The translations under genes and the position numbers were made by a program. This document shows, in pieces, positions 49,521 through 60,027 of a stretch of 64,000 nt of DNA. The number at the start of each line of letters is the position of its first letter. Position 1 is the first letter of the stretch. Location: positions 16,401 through 80,400 of the forward strand of contig CAWGUU010000018.1 in the NCBI GenBank assembly GCA_963825765.1, given 5' to 3'. A model generated the notes under the pieces. That model did no database searches, had not been told where the DNA came from, and was given only the letters and a program-made list of their open reading frames with translations. Source of the stretch: an uncultured Acidimicrobiia bacterium (GTDB taxonomy: Bacteria; Actinomycetota; Acidimicrobiia; Acidimicrobiales; AC-14).

Positions 49521-50171
49521 CTACTGCTCTTGGGGAACGATGCCCCGGCGGACCGCGTAGATTGCGAGCTCGACGGGGGTCCGCAGGCCCAGCTTCTTCA
49601 TCGCATGCGCTCGGTGCGTCTCCACGGTCCGCCGACTGATGAACAACTGTGCGCCGATGGCGGCGTTCGTGTGGCCCTGCGCCACGAGTTGCAGGACCTC
49701 CCGCTCGCGGTCGGTGAGGGTGTCGTAGGGGTCGGGGGGTTCCCCGGCGCGGCGAGAGTACGCCTCCAGGGCACGCTCCGACAGCGGTGGGCTGAGGTAG
49801 CGGCGTCCGGCGGCCACTTCCCGGATGGCCCGTCCCAGCTCCGCCGCGTCCGCCTGCTTGAGGGCGTAGCCCGAAACGCCCCTTCGCAGTGCCTCGAGCA
49901 CGTAGGCCTCGCTCTGGTGCATGGACAAGATGAGAACGCGAGTCGCCGGCGAGCGCTCAGCCAGCTCCGGGGTGACGTCGAGGCCGCTCCTCGCACCCAT
50001 CATAAGATCGAGCACCACGACATCGGGATGGAGTTGGCCAGCCAGCGTGGCCACGTCATCGCCGTTATCGGCCTGGCCCACCACCTCGAAGTCGGGGTCG
50101 GAGTCCAGCAGGGCCCGGAGACCCTCTCGTACCACCGGGTGGTCGTCGGCGAGGACGAGCCTGAGTGTCAT
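49521..50171 (-). CDS. NarL/FixJ (LuxR)-family response regulator
   Basis: receiver LVLADDHPVVREGL...VVLDLMM + HTH REREVLQLVAQGHTNAAIGAQLFISRRTVETH. Confidence 0.9.
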   Translation of the reverse strand: MTLRLVLADDHPVVREGLRALLDSDPDFEVVGQADNGDDVATLAGQLHPDVVVLDLMMGARSGLDVTPELAERSPATRVLILSMHQSEAYVLEALRRGVSGYALKQADAAELGRAIREVAAGRRYLSPPLSERALEAYSRRAGEPPDPYDTLTDREREVLQLVAQGHTNAAIGAQLFISRRTVETHRAHAMKKLGLRTPVELAIYAVRRGIVPQEQ

Positions 50172-52813
50172 GGAATCACACTCGGACGCTCGCTAAGCGG
50201 AAACTGGGCGATCACCCAGGTGCCGCCGCCGAGTTCGGAGCGCAACCGAAACTGGCCCCCGGTCGCGCGGGCTCGCTCCTCCATCCCGACCAGGCCGCTG
50301 CTCTGCCCGGGCCGGAGGGCGTCAACCTCGAAGCCGACGCCTTCGTCGCTCACTTCGATGCGCAGTGAGTCTTCGCTCAGGGCACAGCCGACCGTGGCCA
50401 GGCTGACCCCGGCGTGGCGGGCGACGTTGGTGAGCCCCTCCTGCACGATCCGGAAGGCGGCCGTCTCGACCTCTGGCCGGAGGCGCCGGTCCAGCCCCGG
50501 AGCCTTGAAGGCCACCTCCACCCCCGTCTGGGCGGTATACCGCTCCACGAGCCACAGAAGGGCTGGTCGAAGGCCCAGGTCGTCGAGCATGGCGGGACGG
50601 AGGTCGAGGGAAAGATCCTGCACCCGGCGCAGGAGCTCGCCCACCAGGGCTCGCGCCAGGCCCAGTCGATCTGCCACCGCCTCCGGGGAAAGGCGCACGT
50701 GGTTCTCCAGCGCGAGCTTGAGACCAGTGAGAGTCTGGCCGATCTCGTCATGCAGCTCGTGGGCGATGCGCCGCCGCTCGCCCTCCTGAGCGTCCACCGC
50801 TGCCCTCGAGTGGGTCTCGAGGCGCTGGCGCAGCCGGCGCTCCTCGTCGTGGGCGGACCGAAGGGCCTTTTCCACCTCGGCGCGGCCGATCACCTCGGCC
50901 AGGGTGTTGGCGGCGGCATGGAGGAAGTGGGCGTCATCGACGTTGAAGCGTCGTCGCCTGCTCGCGTAAGCACCCAGAACCCCCCACGGAGCGGCCCGCC
51001 CCATGATGACGACACTCATCCCGCTCACCACCCCGTGGTCGACCAGCAGCGGCGGGGCCCCGAAGCGGGTCTCCCGGGCGAGGTCCTCCACCACCACTGG
51101 GGCGTCGCAGGCCAGGGTGAAGCCGGCCTGGGACCCCAGCCCGGCCGCGACCGTGGCCTGGCCCACCAGTCCCTCCTCCCACCCCACCCCCGCCCGCAGG
51201 AGCAAGACGTCATCTTCCGGCAGCAGCTCGAGGACCTCGGCGTACTCCACGTCGAGGGTGCGGGCGACGGCGTCGACGGCGGCATCCATAAGAGAAGAGA
51301 GATCGGGGTCGGCCAGCGCCCGGCGACCGAGCTCGGCCACGACAGCCTGCTGGTGGGCCCGAGTGGCGAGCTCGGCCTCGACCCGACCACGGGCTACGGC
51401 GTCGGCCACCACGTTGGCCACCGCCCGCAGGAAATGGATGTCGTCGAGTCCGAAGCTCCGGTGGCGCGTGGTGTCGGCGCCGAGCACGCCGTAGGGCTCG
51501 TCATCGCTGCGGATGAGTACGGTCATGCCGGCGACCACCCCGTGGTCGACCAGCAGCGGCGGGGCCCCGAAGCGGGTCTCCCGGGCGAGGTCCTCCACCA
51601 CCACTGGGGCGTCGCAGGCCAGGGTGAAGCCGGCCTGGGACCCCAGCCCGGCCGCGACCGTGGCCTGGCCCACCAGTCCCTCCTCCCACCCCACCCCCGC
51701 CCGCAGGAGCAAGACGTCATCTTCCGGCAGCAGCTCGAGGACCTCGGCGTACTCCACGTCGAGGGTGCGGGCGACGGCGTCGACGGCGGCATCCATAAGA
51801 GAAGAGAGATCGGGGTCGGCCAGCGCCCGGCGACCGAGCTCGGCCACGACAGCCTGCTGGTGGGCCCGAGTGGCGAGCTCGGCCTCGACCCGACCACGGG
51901 CTACGGCGTCGGCCACCACGTTGGCCACCGCCCGCAGGAAATGGATGTCGTCGAGTCCGAAGCTCCGGTGGCGCGTGGTGTCGGCGCCGAGCACGCCGTA
52001 GGGCTCGTCATCGCTGCGGATGAGTACGGTCATGCCGGCGACCACCCCGTGGTCGACCAGCAGCGGCGGGGCCCCGAAGCGGGTCTCCCGGGCGAGGTCC
52101 TCCACCACCACTGGGGCGTCGCAGGCCAGGGTGAAGCCGGCCTGGGACCCCAGCCCGGCCGCGACCGTGGCCTGGCCCACCAGTCCCTCCTCCCACCCCA
52201 CCCCCGCCCGCAGGAGCAAGACGTCATCTTCCGGCAGCAGCTCGAGGACCTCGGCGTACTCCACGTCGAGGGTGCGGGCGACGGCGTCGACGGCGGCATC
52301 CATAAGAGAAGAGAGATCGGGGTCGGCCAGCGCCCGGCGACCGACCTCGGCCACGACAGCCTGCTGGTGGGCCCGAGTGGCGAGCTCGGCCTTGACCCGC
52401 TTGAGCTCGATGAGATCTCGGAATGTTGCGACGATCTCGGCCGGACCCTCGCCGGCGACGAGCTGAGCGCTGACCTCTACCGGGACGCGATGCCCATCCC
52501 TGTGTACAAGGTCGCACTCGTAGTGTCGTGGCACCTCCTCGCCGGCGAGGCGGCGCCTGGCCCGGTCGGCGATGAGATCCCGGGAGTCTGGGGTGACGAG
52601 ATCGGCGAACGGTCTCACTGTCAAGACCTCCTTGACGGAATAGCCGATCAGAGAGCCGAACGCCTCGTTGACAAGCAGCGCGCGCTCGGGATTGCCGACA
52701 ACCAGGCCCACCCCCAGATCGCCCAACACCTGAGGAAGACTCCTGTACCAAGGGCGATCCTCCTCAGGCGGCCCGGCCATTCCGGTCATGGCCAGCTCGG
52801 GTGCCATGGGCAC
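50168..52813 (-). CDS. sensor histidine kinase, PAS-GAF-GAF-GAF-HisKA_3-HATPase_c
   Basis: HELHDEIGQTLTGL H-box (HisKA_3), GLTNVARHA/ELGGGTWV ATPase; tandem near-identical 169-aa GAF units; stop overlaps response regulator start. Confidence 0.85.
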   Translation of the reverse strand: MPMAPELAMTGMAGPPEEDRPWYRSLPQVLGDLGVGLVVGNPERALLVNEAFGSLIGYSVKEVLTVRPFADLVTPDSRDLIADRARRRLAGEEVPRHYECDLVHRDGHRVPVEVSAQLVAGEGPAEIVATFRDLIELKRVKAELATRAHQQAVVAEVGRRALADPDLSSLMDAAVDAVARTLDVEYAEVLELLPEDDVLLLRAGVGWEEGLVGQATVAAGLGSQAGFTLACDAPVVVEDLARETRFGAPPLLVDHGVVAGMTVLIRSDDEPYGVLGADTTRHRSFGLDDIHFLRAVANVVADAVARGRVEAELATRAHQQAVVAELGRRALADPDLSSLMDAAVDAVARTLDVEYAEVLELLPEDDVLLLRAGVGWEEGLVGQATVAAGLGSQAGFTLACDAPVVVEDLARETRFGAPPLLVDHGVVAGMTVLIRSDDEPYGVLGADTTRHRSFGLDDIHFLRAVANVVADAVARGRVEAELATRAHQQAVVAELGRRALADPDLSSLMDAAVDAVARTLDVEYAEVLELLPEDDVLLLRAGVGWEEGLVGQATVAAGLGSQAGFTLACDAPVVVEDLARETRFGAPPLLVDHGVVSGMSVVIMGRAAPWGVLGAYASRRRRFNVDDAHFLHAAANTLAEVIGRAEVEKALRSAHDEERRLRQRLETHSRAAVDAQEGERRRIAHELHDEIGQTLTGLKLALENHVRLSPEAVADRLGLARALVGELLRRVQDLSLDLRPAMLDDLGLRPALLWLVERYTAQTGVEVAFKAPGLDRRLRPEVETAAFRIVQEGLTNVARHAGVSLATVGCALSEDSLRIEVSDEGVGFEVDALRPGQSSGLVGMEERARATGGQFRLRSELGGGTWVIAQFPLSERPSVIP
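51030..52340 (-). repeat. 507-bp tandem repeats inside the kinase gene: two perfect copies (51030..51536, 51537..52043) plus about 290 bp of a third, then diverged copies
   Basis: identical nucleotide strings read directly; matching identical shadow ORFs at 507-bp spacing in the six-frame track. Confidence 0.85.
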
Positions 52814-52860
52814 ACGCTAGACCTTCCCGTAGCGGAGGGGACGGGGAGTCGGCGATCACC

Positions 52861-53892
52861 CTATGGAAACACCGGGCGCCCGCTACCGTGTCGCAGCGAG
52901 TGGGCCGTGAGCTCGTCGGGCAGCCCGGCCGCCCTGCGGTAGAGCGCGAAACGCGCGCTGAGATGGTGGACGGACATCCGGGCGCCACGCTCCGTGAGCC
53001 ACATGGCCGGGTGGCAGTCCTGTCCGTAGGTGGGGCGGACAACGGTGAGGTACTCGTCGACCACCTCGACCGCCCAAGGCATCACCGTGGCCACATTGCG
53101 GCGGCGTGGCGGGCCACCCCGCATGGCCTTGCCGTAGCGAACGAGCAGCATCCCGTAACGGCCGAGCTCGGGTGCGGCCGCGTTGGTGGAAAAATCCCCG
53201 ATGTCGAGCATCACCGCCTCTCGCCGGCGCAGTCCCCAGGCGTAGATCACCTTGAAGAGGACGGCGTCTCGGAAGGCGGGGAGCCACCCCTTGCGGCCCA
53301 GGCTCCGAATCTTCGCCACCCGCTCGGCGGCGTACTCGTAGAAGGCGATGAGCTCCTCCCGGCTGAACGGGCGTCGCCCGGGACCTCCTTCGTAGTCGGC
53401 CACGTGGTCGGCGGTGTTCCACTCGTGGCATATCTGGACCGGGTGCTCGCCGAAGCGCTCCTCGCATTCTGGGCCCCATCGGTAGCGGGCGTCGGTGACG
53501 TAGGACATGAACAGCCCGAGGACGATCTGGTAGTTGCGGACCGTCGAATGGGCTCGCTTGTCCGACATCAACGAGCTGCTCCACGCCTCGACGTCCTCAG
53601 GGCCCCACCTCCACGGGTAGTCGTTCGTGAAGCGCTGGGACCGCCGGACATGCCCTCGCGGCCGCCGATCGTGGTTGCGGTCAGCAGCCGGCTCTGCTGC
53701 TGGGTGCGCCACCCGGCGAATGGCATCGAACACAGCAGTCTCGGGGTGAAGGAGAATGGCTCCTCGCACGAGGGCCAGATGCGCGGCTCCGGGCGTCTCG
53801 GAACGCTGTCCCATCCACCCCTCCGGCCAGGTCGCTAGATGCAACCGCGTTGCATCCAACGCAACCTTGGAGGAAAAGGCCAGGTAGATCAA
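52861..53892 (-). pseudogene. tyrosine-type site-specific integrase, 3'-truncated (ends 8 codons after HxxR box; catalytic Tyr region absent)
   Basis: RRREAVMLDIGDF and LTAHSLRHG motifs; no continuation in any frame; truncation point abuts kinase start. Confidence 0.6.
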
Positions 53893-54006
53893 GCCCTTCG
53901 TCGGCCTTCCGGGCCTGCTCTCCGTCCAGAGTGGCTTGTTCCCTGGCCTGCGCCGGAGCGTTCTAAGGGTGCCGAATGATGCGCCAGATGCAATTCGGCC
54001 TGCTTC

Positions 54007-54513
54007 TCAGAGGAGGCGCTGCATCACGACGACGTCGAGCCAGCGGCCGAACTTGCGGCCGACCTCCCTTTCGACGCCGACGAGGTCGAAGCCGCACTTC
54101 TGGTGCAGCGCGATGGAGGCCTCGTGGCCGTCGACGATGCGCCCCATCACCGCGTGGAACCCGTGGACGGTCGCCAGGCGTAACAGCTCGGTGAGCAGCT
54201 CCCGCCCGTACCCGAGGCCCTGGCGGTCCCGTCGGACGTAGAGGGAATCCTCCACCGTGGTGGCGTACGCGGGGCGGGGCCGGTACGGGCCGAGGGACCC
54301 GAAGGCGACCACGACACCGTCCTCGGTCACGACGATGGCGGGGTGGGCTCCGGCGTGCTCCCTGAGCCATTCCTCCTGGGCGTCGAGGGTCCGGGGCACC
54401 ATGTCGAAGGTCACGGTCGAGCCCGATACCTCGACGTTGTAGATGTCCCGGATGGCGTCGGCGTCGGCGACAGTCGCCAGCCGGATCTCCGCCGCGGATC
54501 GGCTGACTATCAT
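54007..54513 (-). CDS. GNAT-family N-acetyltransferase (PAT-like)
   Basis: RRDRQGLGYGRELLTELL acetyl-CoA-binding motif. Confidence 0.8.
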   Translation of the reverse strand: MIVSRSAAEIRLATVADADAIRDIYNVEVSGSTVTFDMVPRTLDAQEEWLREHAGAHPAIVVTEDGVVVAFGSLGPYRPRPAYATTVEDSLYVRRDRQGLGYGRELLTELLRLATVHGFHAVMGRIVDGHEASIALHQKCGFDLVGVEREVGRKFGRWLDVVVMQRLL

Positions 54514-54543
54514 CGAAGGTGGAGTCGCATCGGCGAAGGAATC

Positions 54544-54616
54544 GCCCCCTTAGCTCAGTCGGTAGAGCACAGCCATGGTAAGGCTGGTGTCGTCGGTTCG
54601 ATTCCGACAGGGGGCT
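54544..54616 (+). tRNA. tRNA-Thr (GGT)
   Basis: acceptor gccccct/agggggc, anticodon loop atGGTaa, T-loop ggttcgattcc. Confidence 0.9.
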
Positions 54617-54677
54617 CCGCGGGGTGCTTGTAAGCTGGGTCGCCCGGCGCGACGGCCGGCAGTCAAGGCTCAACCTT

Positions 54678-54753
54678 GGCGGCGTAGCTCAGTTGGCAGA
54701 GCACTCGGCTCATAATCGAGGAGTCGGCGGTTCGAGTCCGCCCGCCGCCACCA
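54678..54753 (+). tRNA. tRNA-Met (CAT), elongator-type
   Basis: acceptor ggcggcg/cgccgcc + CCA, anticodon loop ctCATaa; lacks initiator GGG/CCC anticodon-stem signature. Confidence 0.85.
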
Positions 54754-54774
54754 CGACACGGGGGTAGACGCAGG

Positions 54775-55962
<1,188 letters not shown>

Positions 55963-56038
55963 GGCACGACCGGCCCGGACACCGGTCCGGGCGGTACATG
56001 ACAGACTTGGATCGACGTGAAGCGAAAGGGCACCGAGG

Positions 56039-56203
56039 ATGGCGAAGGGCGAGAAGCGAGTGAAGATCACGCTCGCGTGCGAGCAGTGCAAGCGGCGGAA
56101 CTACATCACGATGAAGAACAAGCAGAACGACCGCGAGCGCATGGAGCTCAAGAAGTACTGCCGCTGGGATCGGACGCACACGACCCACCGCGAGACTCGC
56201 TGA
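56039..56203 (+). CDS. rpmG: 50S ribosomal protein L33
   Basis: [54 protein letters not shown], 54 aa, not in six-frame list (<60 aa). Confidence 0.9.
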   Translation: MAKGEKRVKITLACEQCKRRNYITMKNKQNDRERMELKKYCRWDRTHTTHRETR

Positions 56204-56325
56204 CCGACGACGAGCAGCCCTCCGAGGCTGCCACCAAGCCCAAACCTGCCACGTCTGGACCGAAACCTGCCACGTCTGGACCGAAACGTGGCCGTAACCT
56301 TTCGGATCCCGCAGAGGTCCAACCT

Positions 56326-56907
56326 GTGGTGATCCCTGCGGATGAGGCAGAGCTGGTGGCACGGGCCAAGGCTGGCGACGTCAATGCCTTCGCCGCCCTG
56401 GTCACGACCACGCAGGCCGAGGTGTACACCCTGGCGTACCGGTTGACGGGGAACGAGGAGGACGCCCGCGACGTCGCCCAGGATGCCTACCTGCGAGCGT
56501 ACAAGGGCCTCAAGCATTTCCGGGGCGACGCCAGGTTCTCGACCTGGATGTACCGGATCACGGCCAACTGCGCCTCCACCGCGTTGGTCCGCAGGTCCCG
56601 CAACGGATCCCACGAGCCTCTGCCCGACGAGGACGCCACGCCCGACGTGCGCCCCGAGTCGAACCCCGAGAGCATGGCCGAGGCCGGTGCCCTCCGCGAC
56701 AGGATGACGGCGGCTCTCGCCGAGCTCTCGCCCCCCCTGCGCTCGGTCGTGGTGCTGCGTGACATCTACGACCTCCCGCACGAGGCCATCGCCTCGGAGC
56801 TGGGCATCACCGAGGCGGCGGCGAAGGTGCGGTTGCACCGGGCCCGTCGCAAGCTTCGTGAGCGGTTGTTCCCGTTGCCGGGAGAGGAGAAGGCCCGTGC
56901 GGTCTAG
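56326..56907 (+). CDS. ECF sigma factor (SigE/SigH-like)
   Basis: region 2 (YRLTGNEEDARDVAQDAYLRAYKGLKHFRGDARFSTWMYRI) and region 4 (LSPPLRSVVVLRDIYDLPHEAIASELGITEAAAKVRLHRARRKLR); GTG start approximate. Confidence 0.75.
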   Translation: MVIPADEAELVARAKAGDVNAFAALVTTTQAEVYTLAYRLTGNEEDARDVAQDAYLRAYKGLKHFRGDARFSTWMYRITANCASTALVRRSRNGSHEPLPDEDATPDVRPESNPESMAEAGALRDRMTAALAELSPPLRSVVVLRDIYDLPHEAIASELGITEAAAKVRLHRARRKLRERLFPLPGEEKARAV

Positions 56908-56911
56908 GTTC

Positions 56912-57346
56912 ATGCTCTTGCGTCCAGCCATCCAGGGTGGCTTGTGGTCGGCCACGCGCGGAAGCCTGTTGCCCAGCGGCGTGTCCTGCTCTGCGGTCGC
57001 CAAGGCCCTGCCGGGCATCGTCGACGGCATGGAGGTGGCCGATCTCGATCTGCGCCGCCACGTCGACTCCTGCCTGCGGTGCCAGGCCGAGCTGGCCCAG
57101 TACCGCAAGGTGCTACGGGCCCTCCACCAGATGCGCACGGAGCTGCTCGAACCCGCGCCCGGACTGTTGCCCGACATCCTCGCCTCGCTGGAGGCCGCGG
57201 GGGAGCGGCGGGCCATGCGCTTCCTGCTCACCGGCCGCCAGGCCGCCTACGTCGGCACCATCGCCGCCGCCACTGCGGCCAGCGCAGCCGGTGCCATCGT
57301 GCTGGCCAGCCGCGCCCGCCACCGTCGCGTGCCCGTCGCCAGCTAG
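56912..57346 (+). CDS. anti-sigma factor, zinc-finger (ZAS/RsrA-RseA-like) with C-terminal TM
   Basis: RRHVDSCLRCQAEL (HxxxCxxC) right after sigma gene; hydrophobic C-terminal segment. Confidence 0.55.
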   Translation: MLLRPAIQGGLWSATRGSLLPSGVSCSAVAKALPGIVDGMEVADLDLRRHVDSCLRCQAELAQYRKVLRALHQMRTELLEPAPGLLPDILASLEAAGERRAMRFLLTGRQAAYVGTIAAATAASAAGAIVLASRARHRRVPVAS

Positions 57347-57440
57347 CACGCCAGCTACCGCTCTCCACTCGGAGATGGGGGACGGGCATCGCGAACCTTG
57401 AGCTATCCTCGGGCCATCCACGCCCCCGGGCAGACCCCTA

Positions 57441-57513
57441 AGGGCAGTAGCTCAACTGGCAGAGCACCGGTCTCCAAAACCGGCGGTTGGGGGTTCGAGT
57501 CCCTCCTGCCCTG
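57441..57513 (+). tRNA. tRNA-Trp (CCA)
   Basis: acceptor agggcag/ctgccct, anticodon loop ctCCAaa, T-loop ggttcgagtcc. Confidence 0.9.
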
Positions 57514-57546
57514 CTGCGTTCGATCGTTTCCGTCCAAGAGGTAGCT

Positions 57547-57837
57547 GTGAACCGACAGATGAAGCGGATGATGCAGAAGCAGGGCCAGCTCGCGCCCGAC
57601 GGTTCGCCGGCTCGTCGCGAGCCGGTCAAGCCCGCGCCCCGTCCGCCCAAGGAACGTGTCGGTGCCGCCGAGTACCTCCGCCAGGTGCGCGCCGAGCTAC
57701 GGAAGGTGGCGTGGCCGACGCGGGCCGAGGTCATCAACTACTCGATCATCGTGCTCATCGCCCTGCTGCTCCTCACCGCCCTGATCTTCCTGCTCGACTA
57801 CGCCTTCGGGCAGTTCGTGATCTTCCTCTTCGAATGA
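57547..57837 (+). CDS. secE: preprotein translocase subunit SecE
   Basis: GTG after AAGAGG; [34 protein letters not shown] SecE core. Confidence 0.8.
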   Translation: MNRQMKRMMQKQGQLAPDGSPARREPVKPAPRPPKERVGAAEYLRQVRAELRKVAWPTRAEVINYSIIVLIALLLLTALIFLLDYAFGQFVIFLFE

Positions 57838-58670
57838 GCGACATCGCAGACAACGACGACCAGCCGTCCGACTCCCTCCCCGATTCGCTCGCCGATCCCG
57901 TGGAGCTCGAGGGCGTGGCGGCACCCGAGGAAGGGGGCCCTGCGGCGGCGGAGGGCGACACCGACGGCCCCATCGCCGTGGCCGGGGCCGAGGCCGATGC
58001 CCCCGAGGCCGATGGCCCCGAGGCCGACATCCCGCCGATCGAGATCCCGCCTGACGTCGTGCTCGGCGACGGCTTGGCCGACGACGACGAGGAGGACGAG
58101 GTCGTCCCGGTCGAGAGCCCGTACGACCGTCCGGGCTCGTGGTACGTGGTGCACACCTACGCCGGCTACGAGAACAAGGTGAAGTCCAACCTCCAGAGCC
58201 GGATCGCCTCCATGAACATGGAGGACAGGATCTTCGAGTGCGTCATCCCGATGGAGGACGTGATCGAGTTCAAGGGCGGCAAGCGGGTCACGGTCCAGAA
58301 GAAGGTGTTCCCCGGCTACCTGCTCGTGCGGTGCGAGCTCGACGACGACTCCTGGCGGGTCGTCCGCAACACGCCGGGCGTCACCGGGTTCGTGGGCCTG
58401 GGGGCCAAGCCCACCCCGCTCTCGCGCAAAGAGGTGGAGAGCATCCTGCAGGTGCAGTCCGGCGGCACCGAGGGCGTGGCCCGCAAGCCGGCCCGCCGGC
58501 CCATGTACGAGGTGGGAGAGAGCGTTCGGGTCAAGGAAGGTCCGTTCTCGGACTTCTCCGGCCAGATCGCCGAGATCAACGAGGACCAGCTCAAGCTCAA
58601 GGTCCTCGTCAACATCTTCGGCCGGGAGACTCCGGTCGAGCTCGAGTTCAGTCAGGTGGCGAAGCTGTAG
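57834..58670 (+). CDS. nusG: transcription termination/antitermination factor NusG with acidic N-terminal extension
   Basis: ATGA overlap with secE; NGN ([15 protein letters not shown]) + KOW ([18 protein letters not shown]) domains. Confidence 0.9.
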   Translation: MSDIADNDDQPSDSLPDSLADPVELEGVAAPEEGGPAAAEGDTDGPIAVAGAEADAPEADGPEADIPPIEIPPDVVLGDGLADDDEEDEVVPVESPYDRPGSWYVVHTYAGYENKVKSNLQSRIASMNMEDRIFECVIPMEDVIEFKGGKRVTVQKKVFPGYLLVRCELDDDSWRVVRNTPGVTGFVGLGAKPTPLSRKEVESILQVQSGGTEGVARKPARRPMYEVGESVRVKEGPFSDFSGQIAEINEDQLKLKVLVNIFGRETPVELEFSQVAKL

Positions 58671-59099
58671 ATGGCAAAGCGACGGGTAGCAGCAGTCGTG
58701 AGGATCCAGATCCCGGCCGGCGCGGCCACACCCGCGCCTCCCGTCGGCACCGCCCTGGGCCCCCACGGCGTGAACATCATGGAGTTCTGCAAGCAGTACA
58801 ACGCGGCCAGCGAGTCGCAGCGGGGAACGATCGTCCCGGCCGAGATCACCGTGTTCGAGGACCGCTCGTTCACGTTCATCCTCAAGACGCCGCCGACGCC
58901 CGTACTGCTGCGCACCGCCGCCGGGGTCGAAAAGGGGTCGGAGACCCCAGGACGAACCGGTGTCGGTTCGATCACCGACGCCCAGCTGGCCGACATCGCC
59001 AACGTGAAGATGCCCGACCTCAACGCCAACGACCTCGAGGCGGCCAAGCGCCAGATCGCCGGCACGGCCCGCTCGATGGGGATCACGGTTTCCAAATGA
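58671..59099 (+). CDS. rplK: 50S ribosomal protein L11
   Basis: [36 protein letters not shown]. Confidence 0.95.
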   Translation: MAKRRVAAVVRIQIPAGAATPAPPVGTALGPHGVNIMEFCKQYNAASESQRGTIVPAEITVFEDRSFTFILKTPPTPVLLRTAAGVEKGSETPGRTGVGSITDAQLADIANVKMPDLNANDLEAAKRQIAGTARSMGITVSK

Positions 59100-59833
59100 C
59101 GCACACCAAGAAGGACTCCAAGAAGTACCAGGACGCCGTCCGCCGGTTCGACGAGCAGCTCCTGCACAACCCGGGTGAGGCCGTCGACCTGGTGAAGAGC
59201 CTGGCCTTCGCCAAGTTCGACGAGACCGTCGAGCTGGCGGTGCGCCTGGGCGTCGACCCCCGCAAGGCCGACCAGATCGTGCGAGGCACCGTCGGTCTGC
59301 CGGCAGGTACGGGCAAGATGGTCCGGGTCGTGGTATTCGCCGCCGGCGAGGCCGCCAATGACGCCCGGGAGGCGGGTGCCGACGTCGTGGGCGCCGACGA
59401 CCTGGTCGCTCGGGTGCAGGGCGGGTTCCTCGACTTCGACGTTGCCATCGCCACGCCTGACCTCATGGGACAGGTCGGCAAGCTGGGCCGGGTCCTCGGC
59501 CCCCGGGGCCTCATGCCGAACCCCAAGACCGGCACCGTCACCATGGAAGTCGGCCGGGCGGTCAAGGAGTTCAAGGGCGGTCGGGTGGAGTACCGCACCG
59601 ACCGCTACGGAAACATCCACGTCCCCATCGGCAAGGTGAGCTTCGACCGCCGTGCCCTGCTGGAGAACCTGCGGGCCGTCATCGACGAGCTCAACCGGGC
59701 CAAGCCGGCTTCCTCCAAGGGCAGGTACATGCGCGGGGTCACCATCTCGTCCACCATGGGTCCGGGCGTGAAGATGGACCCCAGCGCGGCGCGTGCGCTC
59801 GAGGACGACCTGGCTGCGGCTGGCCCGTCGTAG
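59096..59833 (+). CDS. rplA: 50S ribosomal protein L1
   Basis: ATGA overlap with rplK; ...[24 protein letters not shown]...[19 protein letters not shown]. Confidence 0.95.
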   Translation: MTHTKKDSKKYQDAVRRFDEQLLHNPGEAVDLVKSLAFAKFDETVELAVRLGVDPRKADQIVRGTVGLPAGTGKMVRVVVFAAGEAANDAREAGADVVGADDLVARVQGGFLDFDVAIATPDLMGQVGKLGRVLGPRGLMPNPKTGTVTMEVGRAVKEFKGGRVEYRTDRYGNIHVPIGKVSFDRRALLENLRAVIDELNRAKPASSKGRYMRGVTISSTMGPGVKMDPSAARALEDDLAAAGPS

Positions 59834-60027
59834 CCGCGTAGCGTTCCAACACCTGGCTGTTGGAGCCCCGAATCGCCTCCAACACCCCCGGGAATCCGGC
59901 GGAAAGCTTCCTGTCAGCCTCCTCCCCGAAGTAGTCTGCCGCCGCGAGCTGGGCGTTCCGCGTGGCGTGGCGGTGTGCTCCCGGTTGAGCGGTCGAAGTG
60001 CACAGCGCCAACGAAGCGAGGCTGACG

